Source of the DNA: Thermoleophilia bacterium
GTDB taxonomy: Bacteria > Actinomycetota > Thermoleophilia > UBA2241
Assembly (NCBI GenBank): GCA_035686425.1
Contig: DASRZL010000154.1
Location: 954 to 64,953, forward strand
Length of the DNA stretch: 64,000 bases
Direction of reading: 5' to 3'
Each line of letters starts with the position of its first letter. The stretch's first letter is position 1. Under the pieces are notes generated by a model. It saw only the letters and a program-made list of their open reading frames with translations. It had not been told where the DNA came from and did no database searches. Positions 1-6,759 of the stretch are shown here, piece after piece. A program made the position numbers and the translations under genes.

Positions 1-161
1 CCGACGAAGCACAGCTGCAGACGTGCGTCGCTCGCGGGATCGAGACCTGGGCAGCCGGAGGGCACCTGCCCCGGGCCGACCTCGTCGCAGGCGTGACGTG
101 CGGAGGTCGCGAAGGCATACACGGTCGTATCTCCCGGGCGCTTCAGGCGCCAGCCGGTCGC

Positions 162-1415
162 TCAGGCGTCGCCGGCGACGATCTCGCGTCGCAGCAGCAC
201 CAGCTCGTCGGCGAGCCAGTCTGCTCGCGCGCGCCGCATCTCCACGCCGGCCTCGCGCAGCACGTAGCTCGGCCCCTTGTTGACGTTGCGCACAGTGATC
301 AGTACGTCGATGCCATGCCCGACGAGCCATTCGGCCACGAGGATCCCCTTCTGCTTCTCGAGTGCGCGATGCGGGTTCTCGAGGATCTCCTGCCGCAGCA
401 CCCGACCGTCGGCCGTGCTGACCTCGGCGAGGCCGAAGTGGGGGGCCTCGCCGAACTCGTTGCCGATTGCGCCGTCGGGCGAAGCAAGGGGCAGCGCCAA
501 GCGGAGGATGTCGCGGCGGCGGGGCTCCAGATGAAGGTTCACCCGTTCCACGGCAGGGACCGCAACGCGGATCTGGGCCTCCAGGTCCTCGCTGACCGCA
601 TGCGCCTTGACGAGGTCGTCAGTGCGCAGGCGCAGGCTGGCCTCGACGAACACGTAGCGCCCGGCGTTGCGCACCGCCCGTCCGTCGACGTGTTCGACGA
701 GTGCTTCCGCCGTCAGGATCGTGTCGACGCGGGCGAGCGTCCCGGCGTCGACCGATGCGTCCAACAGGACCCTCATGCCGCTCACCAGCAGCCCCCAGCC
801 GGAGTAGACGGCGAACCCGAGGATCACGAGGGCGCCCGCGCGGTCTATGTTGAAACCGGCGTAGGTGGACACGACCGCGACCAGCGCGACGGCCGTCGAT
901 ACCACGTCAGTCTGGCGATGTTTGCCGTCCGCCACCAGGGCCGGCGACGAAACGCGCTTGCCCAGCCTCGTCGCGTACCAGCCGTAGGCCCACGTCGCCG
1001 CGATCGTGACCACGACACCGGCGATGACCAAGGGGTCGATGCTGGGTGTTGGTCGGCCGCTCACGAAAGCCTCCCGCGCGATCTCATACGAGGCGATGAA
1101 GATGAGCAGCGCTATGGCTACCTGCAGGAGGTTCTCGATCTTGTAGAGGCCGTAGGGGAAGGCGGTGGTCTTACGCTCCGAGAGCCTGAGGCCGAGCCAC
1201 AGCGCCAGCGCTGCCGCCACGTCGACCACACAGTCCACCGCCGTCGCAGTGAGCGCGAAGCTATGAGAGACCGCGGCGATGGTCACGGTCAAGGTCACCA
1301 GGGCCACGCTCACCAAGACACCCCATGTCGCGACCCGCGCCACCGCGTGACCCACGGCGGCGCGGTCGCCGTCCGCTCGACCGCCGGCGCGGGTCTCCCT
1401 CGTCGCCGGCCCGCT
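162..1415 (-). CDS. Cation diffusion facilitator (CDF) family metal transporter with a C-terminal NifX/NafY-like (dinitrogenase FeMo-cofactor family) domain. Alternative start at 1445.
   Basis: The ORF contains the CDF signature region (SHSFALTATAVDCVVD ... AFPYGLYKIENL) and six predicted TM helices. The C-terminal about 100 aa (GILVAEWLVGHGIDVLITVRNVNKGPSYVLREAGVEM) resembles the NifB/NifX/NafY family. GAGGTGG lies 8 nt upstream of the ATG at 1415. The first 115 codons of the long ORF are Arg-rich off-composition and are excluded. Confidence 0.7.
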   Translation of the reverse strand, partial: SGPATRETRAGGRADGDRAAVGHAVARVATWGVLVSVALVTLTVTIAAVSHSFALTATAVDCVVDVAAALALWLGLRLSERKTTAFPYGLYKIENLLQVAIALLIFIASYEIAREAFVSGRPTPSIDPLVIAGVVVTIAATWAYGWYATRLGKRVSSPALVADGKHRQTDVVSTAVALVAVVSTYAGFNIDRAGALVILGFAVYSGWGLLVSGMRVLLDASVDAGTLARVDTILTAEALVEHVDGRAVRNAGRYVFVEASLRLRTDDLVKAHAVSEDLEAQIRVAVPAVERVNLHLEPRRRDILRLALPLASPDGAIGNEFGEAPHFGLAEVSTADGRVLRQEILENPHRALEKQKGILVAEWLVGHGIDVLITVRNVNKGPSYVLREAGVEMRRARADWLADELVLLRREIVAGDA

Positions 1416-1639
1416 CATCGCCGCAGCCACCTCGGACGGCCACATGCGGGTGACCTGGACACATGGGACATCGCGCACCTCCAGTCCGTCGACTGTACTC
1501 CCGCCGCTGCACGTCGTGCCACTGCATCGGCGAGCGGGCCAGGAGCTGCTACGCGAGCGGCTGCTGCGGGCGTTCGCCCCGGTCGTGACGGGGTCTGAGC
1601 TGAGGCTGGCGTGGTCATGCCGGTGAGTGCGGGGAGAAG

Positions 1640-1670
1640 GAAGAGGGCCGCCCTTGGGGCGGCCCTCTTC
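1640..1670. terminator. GC-rich hairpin: perfect inverted repeat GAAGAGGGCCGCCC-TTGG-GGCGGCCCTCTTC. It lies between the convergent 3' end of the peroxiredoxin gene and the CDF gene start. No U-tract.
   Basis: A perfect 13-14 bp stem with a 4 nt loop is read directly from the sequence. It sits about 35 nt downstream of the Prx stop at 1703. Confidence 0.45.
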
Positions 1671-1702
1671 CTCGTGTCGAAGTCGGTGATCAACAAGGCA
1701 GA

Positions 1703-2314
1703 CTACTCGTCGTCCCTCGGCTGCCAGACCTCCCACACGCGTCCGACCAGGTCCGGTCCGGGCTTGAGCACCTTCTTGCCTGGCTCCCATCCGGAGGGCG
1801 TGACCTCCTTCCCCCCGGTGGCGCGCACGTGCTGGAACGCCTTGATCTGCCGCAGCGTCTCCGCGATCTTGCGACCGACGGGCGGGACGAGCACTTCCAT
1901 GGCCTGGATCACGCCGTCTGGGTCGATGATGAACCGGCCACGGATGTCGACGCCGGCCTCAGCGTCGTAAACACCGTAGGCGCTGCCCAGATGGCCCGCC
2001 GCGTCGGCGAGCATCGGGAAGGGCACGCCGCCCTCCGTCATCTTCGCGAGCTCGTTCTCATCCCACATCTTGTGGACGAACTGCGAATCCACGCTGGCCG
2101 ACAGCACTTCGGCGCCCAGCGCCTGGAACTCGTCGTACTTCTCGGCGACCGCCGAGATCTCGGTCGGTCACACGAAGGTGAAATCACCCGGGTAGAAGCA
2201 GAGGACCACCCACTTGCCCAGCAGGTCCGAGAGCTTGACCTGGGTGAAGACGCCCTTGTGGTAGGCGGGCGCGACGAAGTCCGGCGCCTTGCGGCCGACC
2301 ATGATGGTACTCAC
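1703..2314 (-). CDS. Typical 2-Cys-type peroxiredoxin (AhpC/Prx1 family) with an in-frame UGA (2168-2170) at the peroxidatic-Cys position. This is a candidate selenocysteine peroxiredoxin (PrxU-like). The resolving Cys is replaced by Thr.
   Basis: Two track ORFs (2168-2419 and 1703-2107) are in the same frame. They are separated only by the TGA at 2168-2170. Read-through gives ...[45 protein letters not shown].... This is the canonical Prx active-site motif with U in place of Cp. The C-terminal motif is KEVTPSGW instead of EVCPAGW. GTG at 2314 is preceded by AAGGAGA; the in-frame ATG is at 2302. Confidence 0.75.
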
Positions 2315-2552
2315 GCTCGTCTCCTTCGGTTCGCTGGCCTGTGCGTCGTCCTTCTTCGCCGGCTGCTCGCCGACGAGAGAGCCTGTAGGACGGGCACACC
2401 CGACGTCAGTTTCTTCCATGCCTTGCGCACCTCCCGTTTGTCGCTCGTTTGCGGGACCTGTGCTGCCGCAGTCTGTGCGCCGCCACGGACCTCAGCGGGA
2501 GCTCAGCACCGGTTCGAAAGGCCGCCTTTTGTGGGCCGCCGGCAGTTCCGCC

Positions 2553-2621
2553 GGGCAGGTCCTTCATGCCGTGGGTCGTCTTGACCGTTATCTCGGGGAA
2601 CCTGGCGCCCGGGAGCGGCAT
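2553..2621 (-). other. Short remnant resembling the N-terminus of a Prx6-type (1-Cys) peroxiredoxin (MPLPGARFPEITVKTTHGMKDLP). Similarity ends after about 23 codons.
   Basis: Translation of the minus strand from the ATG at 2621 matches the characteristic FPEhxVxTTHGKhKLPD start of 1-Cys Prx proteins. All three downstream frames lose similarity. Confidence 0.25.
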
Positions 2622-2912
2622 GTTCGGGGCGTATCCGTCGTCTGACACGAGGATCTCCTTCGCTGGTCCTTCGTGGTCCAACTGGAGGCCGCAGACTCAC
2701 AGGGCCACATTGCGATGCCGCCTGTTATGAGCGTATGCTCAGATCTACTCGTGAGTCAAGAATGCGGGCAGCGGTCGTTGCGCCGGCTGCGCCTCGCTGG
2801 GCTGGAGCGGGCGAGCTCGCCTGGGCCACGATCGGGCGCGAATGGAGATCGCGATACTGGGCAGGAAGCCGGAGACGGGCCGGGCCGTCACGGTGGACAA
2901 GGATGGGAGACG

Positions 2913-3275
2913 ATGAGCGTGCCTGACTTTGACGACTGGATCAGCGATGTGAAGTCGCAGCCGGGATCAGCTGCGATCGGCATGATTCTGGCCCACCAAG
3001 GCATCGTGCGTGGAACGTCCCGGTCGGGCGGACTCGTGAGGGGGATGACCCTCCGCACCGACGCCGGCCGGCTTGACGAGGCGCTCGCCGAGGCCGCGAC
3101 GTGGCCGGGCGTCTTCGCCGTGCGCGGCTGGGCCAACGAGGGGGAACTCTCGGTCGGCGACGACATCATGAAGGTGCTCGTCGCCGGCGACATCCGCGAG
3201 CACGTCTTCGCGGCCCTCCAGAGACTCGTGTCCCTGATGAAGACGGAGGTGCTGATGGAGTCGGAGCTGACCTGA
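2913..3275 (+). CDS. MoaE-like protein (molybdopterin synthase catalytic-subunit family), short form of 120 aa.
   Basis: The alignable motifs are GMILAHQGIVRG and WPGVFAVRGWANEGELSVGDDIMKVLVAGDIREHVFAALQRLVSLMK. They align to the MoaE GxVTFTGxVR and HRxGELxxGDxIVxVxVxSxHRxxAFxAxxxxMDxLK blocks. GGATGGGAG lies 4 nt upstream of the ATG. Confidence 0.45.
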   Translation: MSVPDFDDWISDVKSQPGSAAIGMILAHQGIVRGTSRSGGLVRGMTLRTDAGRLDEALAEAATWPGVFAVRGWANEGELSVGDDIMKVLVAGDIREHVFAALQRLVSLMKTEVLMESELT

Positions 3276-3346
3276 GACCTACGGCGCGGTCGTCTGTGGG
3301 AGAGGCTCCGCGCCCACGCCTCGTTCATTCCCGGGAGAGGAGCGAC

Positions 3347-3997
3347 ATGTACACGTGTGCCGAGTGTGGTCGTGTGTCCTGCGCTACCGGCGACGCAGCG
3401 TCCTACCCGCGCAACTGCCCGTCGCGCGAGTCATTCGAAGCGGAGGCGCTCGACCAGTATCGCGAAGGGGAAGACGGGCACCTGGCGCGAAACGCCGCCC
3501 TGGTGGAGGCGCAAGGGTACTGCCGGCTGACGCGCGTGGAGGAAATCATGGACTTCGCCCGCCGCTGCGGCTACTCGAAGCTGGGCCTCGCCTTCTGCAT
3601 CGGTCTTCAGGCCGAGGCCGCAGTCACCAGTCGGGTGCTCAGGGCGAACGGCTTCTCGGTCGACTCGGTGGCCTGCAAGAACGGCAGCCTCCCCAAGGAG
3701 GAGCTGGGTCTGGGTGACGAGGACAAAGTCACCCGGGGCGAGTTCGAAGGGATGTGTAACCCGATCGGCCAGGCGCGGGCCCTGGATCATGCCGGGACCG
3801 AGCTCAACCTGCTGCTCGGTCTGTGCGTCGGCCACGACAGCCTGTTCATGAAGCACTCAGTGGCTCCGGTGACCGTGCTGGCCGCCAAGGACAGAGTGCT
3901 GGGCCACAACCCGCTGGCGGCGATCTACATGGCGGACGGCTACTACTGTGACAAGCTGTTCCCGAAGGCGGACGACGCGGAGGGGGGCTGCGCCTGA
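3347..3997 (+). CDS. DUF1847-family Cys-rich metal-binding protein.
   Basis: The N-terminal MYTCAECGRVSCATGDAASYPRNCPS start and overall length are typical of DUF1847. A strong RBS (GGGAGAGGAG) is present. The first 82 codons of the track ORF are rejected as an Arg-rich upstream extension. Confidence 0.6.
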   Translation: MYTCAECGRVSCATGDAASYPRNCPSRESFEAEALDQYREGEDGHLARNAALVEAQGYCRLTRVEEIMDFARRCGYSKLGLAFCIGLQAEAAVTSRVLRANGFSVDSVACKNGSLPKEELGLGDEDKVTRGEFEGMCNPIGQARALDHAGTELNLLLGLCVGHDSLFMKHSVAPVTVLAAKDRVLGHNPLAAIYMADGYYCDKLFPKADDAEGGCA

Positions 3998-4043
3998 CTC
4001 GCTCTCCGGCCAGACCGGCCGCGCGCTGCCTGCGCCGGCCTGT

Positions 4044-4556
4044 CTATTTCGCGTGGTCGCGGTGCTCGCCGCGCCGCCGGAACGTCGTGTCGCTGACCCG
4101 GTCCGTCCAGCCGCCTCGTGTGTCCACGCGCAGGTCGAACTTCTCGACGTAGGGTTTGATATCGAGGAGCGGCGTGCCGTCAAGTATGTCGAGGTCCTCG
4201 ACCACGAGCACGTTCCCGCGCCGCTCCACCAGGCGCACGAGGCTCAGGCCGAGCGGGTTGGGACGCACGGGGGTCCGCGTCGCGAAGACGCCTCGGGGCA
4301 CGTCGTCCAGATAGGGGACGACCTTCAGCGGCGACGGGCCGGCGACCGAACTCACTACTTCGCCGGCCCGGTGCAGCCAGTAGATCAGGTGCAGGTGCGA
4401 GAAGCCCTCGATGTCATCGAGGGCGTCGGCGAACTGCGGGAAGATCTCGACCCAGCCGCGGCTGCCTTGAGCGCAGACCGGCTGGATTGGCGTGCGCGCA
4501 TGCTCGCGATGCTCGCTGTAGATGGTCCCTATCGGCTCGAGGATGAGCCTCTCCAT
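4044..4556 (-). CDS. TsaA/TrmO-like (YaeB family) tRNA methyltransferase.
   Basis: Family-typical blocks MERLILEPIGTIYSEHREHARTPIQP and ...PNPLGLSLVRLVERRGNVLVVEDLDILDGTPLLDIKPY are present. The start is placed at the internal ATG (4556) where similarity begins. Confidence 0.65.
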   Translation of the reverse strand: MERLILEPIGTIYSEHREHARTPIQPVCAQGSRGWVEIFPQFADALDDIEGFSHLHLIYWLHRAGEVVSSVAGPSPLKVVPYLDDVPRGVFATRTPVRPNPLGLSLVRLVERRGNVLVVEDLDILDGTPLLDIKPYVEKFDLRVDTRGGWTDRVSDTTFRRRGEHRDHAK

Positions 4557-4730
4557 GCGCACCTCCCACGTGGCTGCGGCAAAGCATACTCCGACGTGAG
4601 GACCCGCGCGGCCATGACGATGGGGCTTCGCGATCGAGTCGGAGCCCTTCGCTCGTATCGCGGGCTCGCTCTGCAGCTGAAGGAAGGGGCCGGCGGACTC
4701 GAGGACGGCGACGCCCCTCCACAACAGGAA

Positions 4731-4763
4731 CGGCCCGCGACCGTCTGAGACGGTCGCGGGCCG
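4731..4763. terminator. Strong GC hairpin (15 bp perfect stem CGGCCCGCGACCGTC / GACGGTCGCGGGCCG, loop TGA) about 90 nt downstream of the qmoC-like gene.
   Basis: The perfect inverted repeat is read directly. It sits at the 3' end of the seven-gene minus-strand cluster. Confidence 0.5.
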
Positions 4764-4853
4764 CTGTGCCGGGCGTCCCGTCGTCGCGAGTCCCGTCCCG
4801 GGTGGGATCCGCGAGGGCGGCCGCGTCCTTGCAGGCGCGGCCGCCCGCCGGGG

Positions 4854-5993
4854 TCAGGCCGCCTCGGCGGCCTTCTGCCCCGTGGCCGCCTCAGTCTCCT
4901 CGGCATGGACCTTCACGCGCGAGAAGTAGAGGGCCAGCGGCCGGTAGGCGAGGTGCGCCCACTTACCGAACGGCACCTCGAGGACCAGCATCGGGACGAT
5001 GCCCATGAGGTGGATGATGTACATCGCGTTCGCCGCCGCATCGAACCCCAGACGATGCAGGGCCGTCTGCAGCACGCCGGTGACGGCCACGTAGAGCAGC
5101 AGGTACAGGAACATCCAGTCGCTCTCGTGTGAGTGCGCGTGCTGCGGCGCGTCCTTCTTGAGGCGGCCGCGGATGTTCAGGATCACTGCGGCGATGAGGC
5201 CGATCGAGGCGAGGTAGCCGAACGCGTGCACCCGCCAGTCGATCTCCGGCCCGGCCTGCATGTAGCGCAGGAAGAACATGATGAGCACGAGCATGGTGAC
5301 GTAGCTCAGCATGAGCACCATGTGGACTGCCCACGGGCGTTTGCGATCGCACCTGCGCATCTTCGTCTGGGTGAAGAACTGGTAGGGCAACTGAGGCAGG
5401 GCGGCGAGATAGGAGCCGATCCCGGCCCCCGAGCCGCCCATGACGTTGCGCCACATGCGGAGCACGTTGATGCCCAGCAGGCCGACGAGGATGATCGCCA
5501 TCCCCCAGTCGAAGCGATGGACGTAGTGGCTCGGCAGGAAGGCGTTCTCGCCGTCGTAGACGCTGAAGCTCCCACCGTTCAAGATGCCGAACGCCACGAA
5601 CCCGATGCCGGTGAGGATCGCCGCGATGACGATAGCGATGATCTCCCAGGCGGGCGAGCGGTAGAACAAGCCGCTGAGGCCGCTGAAGTCGTACTTGGCC
5701 GTGAGCCAGCGGCGCATGCTCATCATGGTCTCGGCGGGGTCGGCCTCCTTGGGGCACTGCTCCGAGCACTCACCGCAGTAGTAGCAGAGCCAGGGCTCGA
5801 TATCGCCCTTGAGCTTGTCTTCGAGTCCGACCTGCACGGCGTGCAAGGGGCGGCGCGGGAGGATGTAGTCACCTTCGGAGTGCACGCACACGGCCGAGCA
5901 GTTCCCGCAGTTGAAGCACTTGTCGATGTCGGTCGCGCCGTACTCGTGGAGCTCGTCGGCGAGCCCCGGTTTGATCTGTATCGCCATCGTCAC
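4854..5993 (-). CDS. QmoC-like membrane subunit: an N-terminal HdrC-like domain with two 4Fe-4S clusters fused to an HdrE/NarI-like b-type cytochrome membrane domain.
   Basis: The N-terminus carries CFNCGNCSAVC and CYYCGECSEQC cluster motifs. These are followed by 5-6 hydrophobic helices with conserved His residues (SHYVHRF, WAVHMV, RVHAFG, YIIHLM, KWAHLA). That pattern is typical of di-heme NarI/HdrE anchors. Confidence 0.75.
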   Translation of the reverse strand: MTMAIQIKPGLADELHEYGATDIDKCFNCGNCSAVCVHSEGDYILPRRPLHAVQVGLEDKLKGDIEPWLCYYCGECSEQCPKEADPAETMMSMRRWLTAKYDFSGLSGLFYRSPAWEIIAIVIAAILTGIGFVAFGILNGGSFSVYDGENAFLPSHYVHRFDWGMAIILVGLLGINVLRMWRNVMGGSGAGIGSYLAALPQLPYQFFTQTKMRRCDRKRPWAVHMVLMLSYVTMLVLIMFFLRYMQAGPEIDWRVHAFGYLASIGLIAAVILNIRGRLKKDAPQHAHSHESDWMFLYLLLYVAVTGVLQTALHRLGFDAAANAMYIIHLMGIVPMLVLEVPFGKWAHLAYRPLALYFSRVKVHAEETEAATGQKAAEAA

Positions 5994-5998
5994 TCCAC

Positions 5999-6487
5999 CT
6001 AGATGAACAGGTTGACGTTGGCTTCATCGGCCTTGCCCAGATAGGCGGCGACGCCCTCGAACTCGATGTCGTCGATGAGCTCCTCCTCGGTGAAGCCGAG
6101 GATCTCCATCGACAGCGTGCAGGCGACGAACTTGACGTCCATCTCCCTGGCGCTGTCGAAGAGCTCCTCGAGCGACATGCCGCCGGCATCCTTCGTGGCC
6201 TTCCTCATCATGGGGCTGCCGGCGCCGGCGAAGTTCATCTTGGAAAGGCCGAGCTTCTTCGTGCCCTTGGGCATCATGCCGCCGAACATCTTCTGGAGGG
6301 TGCTCTTCTTGCCGTTCCCGTTCGACTTCACCTTCTCGGTCTTGCGCAGGATGTTGAGCCCCCAGAAGGTGCAGAAGATGGTGACGTCGTCGCCCATGGC
6401 GGCGGCGCCGTTGGCGATGATCAGGGCCGCCATGACCTTGTCGAAGTCGCCGCTGAACAGAATGATGGTCTTCTTGCTGGTATCCAT
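5999..6487 (-). CDS. DsrE/DsrF-like (DsrE2-type) sulfur-relay protein.
   Basis: The TIILFSGDFDKVMAALIIANGAAAMGDDVTIFCTFWGL ... VKFVACTLSMEIL blocks match the DsrE/TusD fold family. GAGAGGAA lies 6 nt upstream of the ATG at 6487. The start overlaps the upstream stop (TGATG). Confidence 0.7.
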   Translation of the reverse strand: MDTSKKTIILFSGDFDKVMAALIIANGAAAMGDDVTIFCTFWGLNILRKTEKVKSNGNGKKSTLQKMFGGMMPKGTKKLGLSKMNFAGAGSPMMRKATKDAGGMSLEELFDSAREMDVKFVACTLSMEILGFTEEELIDDIEFEGVAAYLGKADEANVNLFI

Positions 6488-6759
6488 CACGATTCCTCTC
6501 GTGGGACCGCTTGATAGGGGAAGTAGCCGTCGTCGTCGACCTCTTTGATCTCCGCGATCCAGCCGTACTTGCGCAGGCCCATCACCCAGAAGACGACCTC
6601 TCGGCTGGGCCTGCCCAGCGCCTCGGCTATCTGGGGAATGGTCAGCGGGCCGGACTCGAGCGCCTTGAGGATCCGGCCCCTCATGAACTGCTCATCGCGG
6701 ATGATCTCGCGGACGTCGCGGGGACGTGCCTCGAGCTGTGCCGTGTCGGTCGTGCTCAT
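6487..6759 (-). CDS. Small (90 aa) winged-helix-like protein of unknown function inside the cluster. Possibly a regulatory or assembly factor.
   Basis: The translation is MSTTDTAQLEARPRDVREIIRDEQFMRGRILKALESGPLTIPQIAEALGRPSREVVFWVMGLRKYGWIAEIKE. It is coupled at both ends: ATGA with the upstream gene and TGATG with the downstream gene. The first 69 codons of the track ORF are antisense junk. Confidence 0.5.
   Translation of the reverse strand: MSTTDTAQLEARPRDVREIIRDEQFMRGRILKALESGPLTIPQIAEALGRPSREVVFWVMGLRKYGWIAEIKEVDDDGYFPYQAVPREES

Noticed and set aside
23-283. The first ORF in the track (86 aa, Arg-rich).
   Set aside because: Its composition is RRRSR-type, it overlaps the 3' end of the CDF gene on the opposite strand, and it has no RBS.
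93-1598. A long plus-strand ORF (501 aa), antisense to the CDF gene. Similar very long ORFs are 8549-11323 (+), 48389-51124 (+), 34615-36555 (-), 18687-21734 (-), 43931-46633 (-), 56677-58179 (-) and 12833-14242 (-).
   Set aside because: Their products are Arg/Pro/Ala/Gly/His-rich with no domain-like blocks, and each lies exactly opposite a well-supported gene. These are the usual stop-codon-poor antisense frames of a GC-rich genome.
2553-2621. Treating the Prx6-like fragment as a full second peroxiredoxin gene.
   Set aside because: Similarity covers only about 23 residues and all frames diverge afterwards. It is kept only as a possible remnant or uORF.
4044-4724. The full 226-aa track ORF for the TrmO-like gene, and similarly the long N-terminal extensions of the ORFs at 2673, 3101, 6487-6966, 11260-11784, 11700-12011, 29355-31751 and 39867-41543.
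   Set aside because: Similarity and normal composition begin at internal start codons with RBS motifs. The upstream portions are Arg/Gly-rich read-through of intergenic or antisense sequence.
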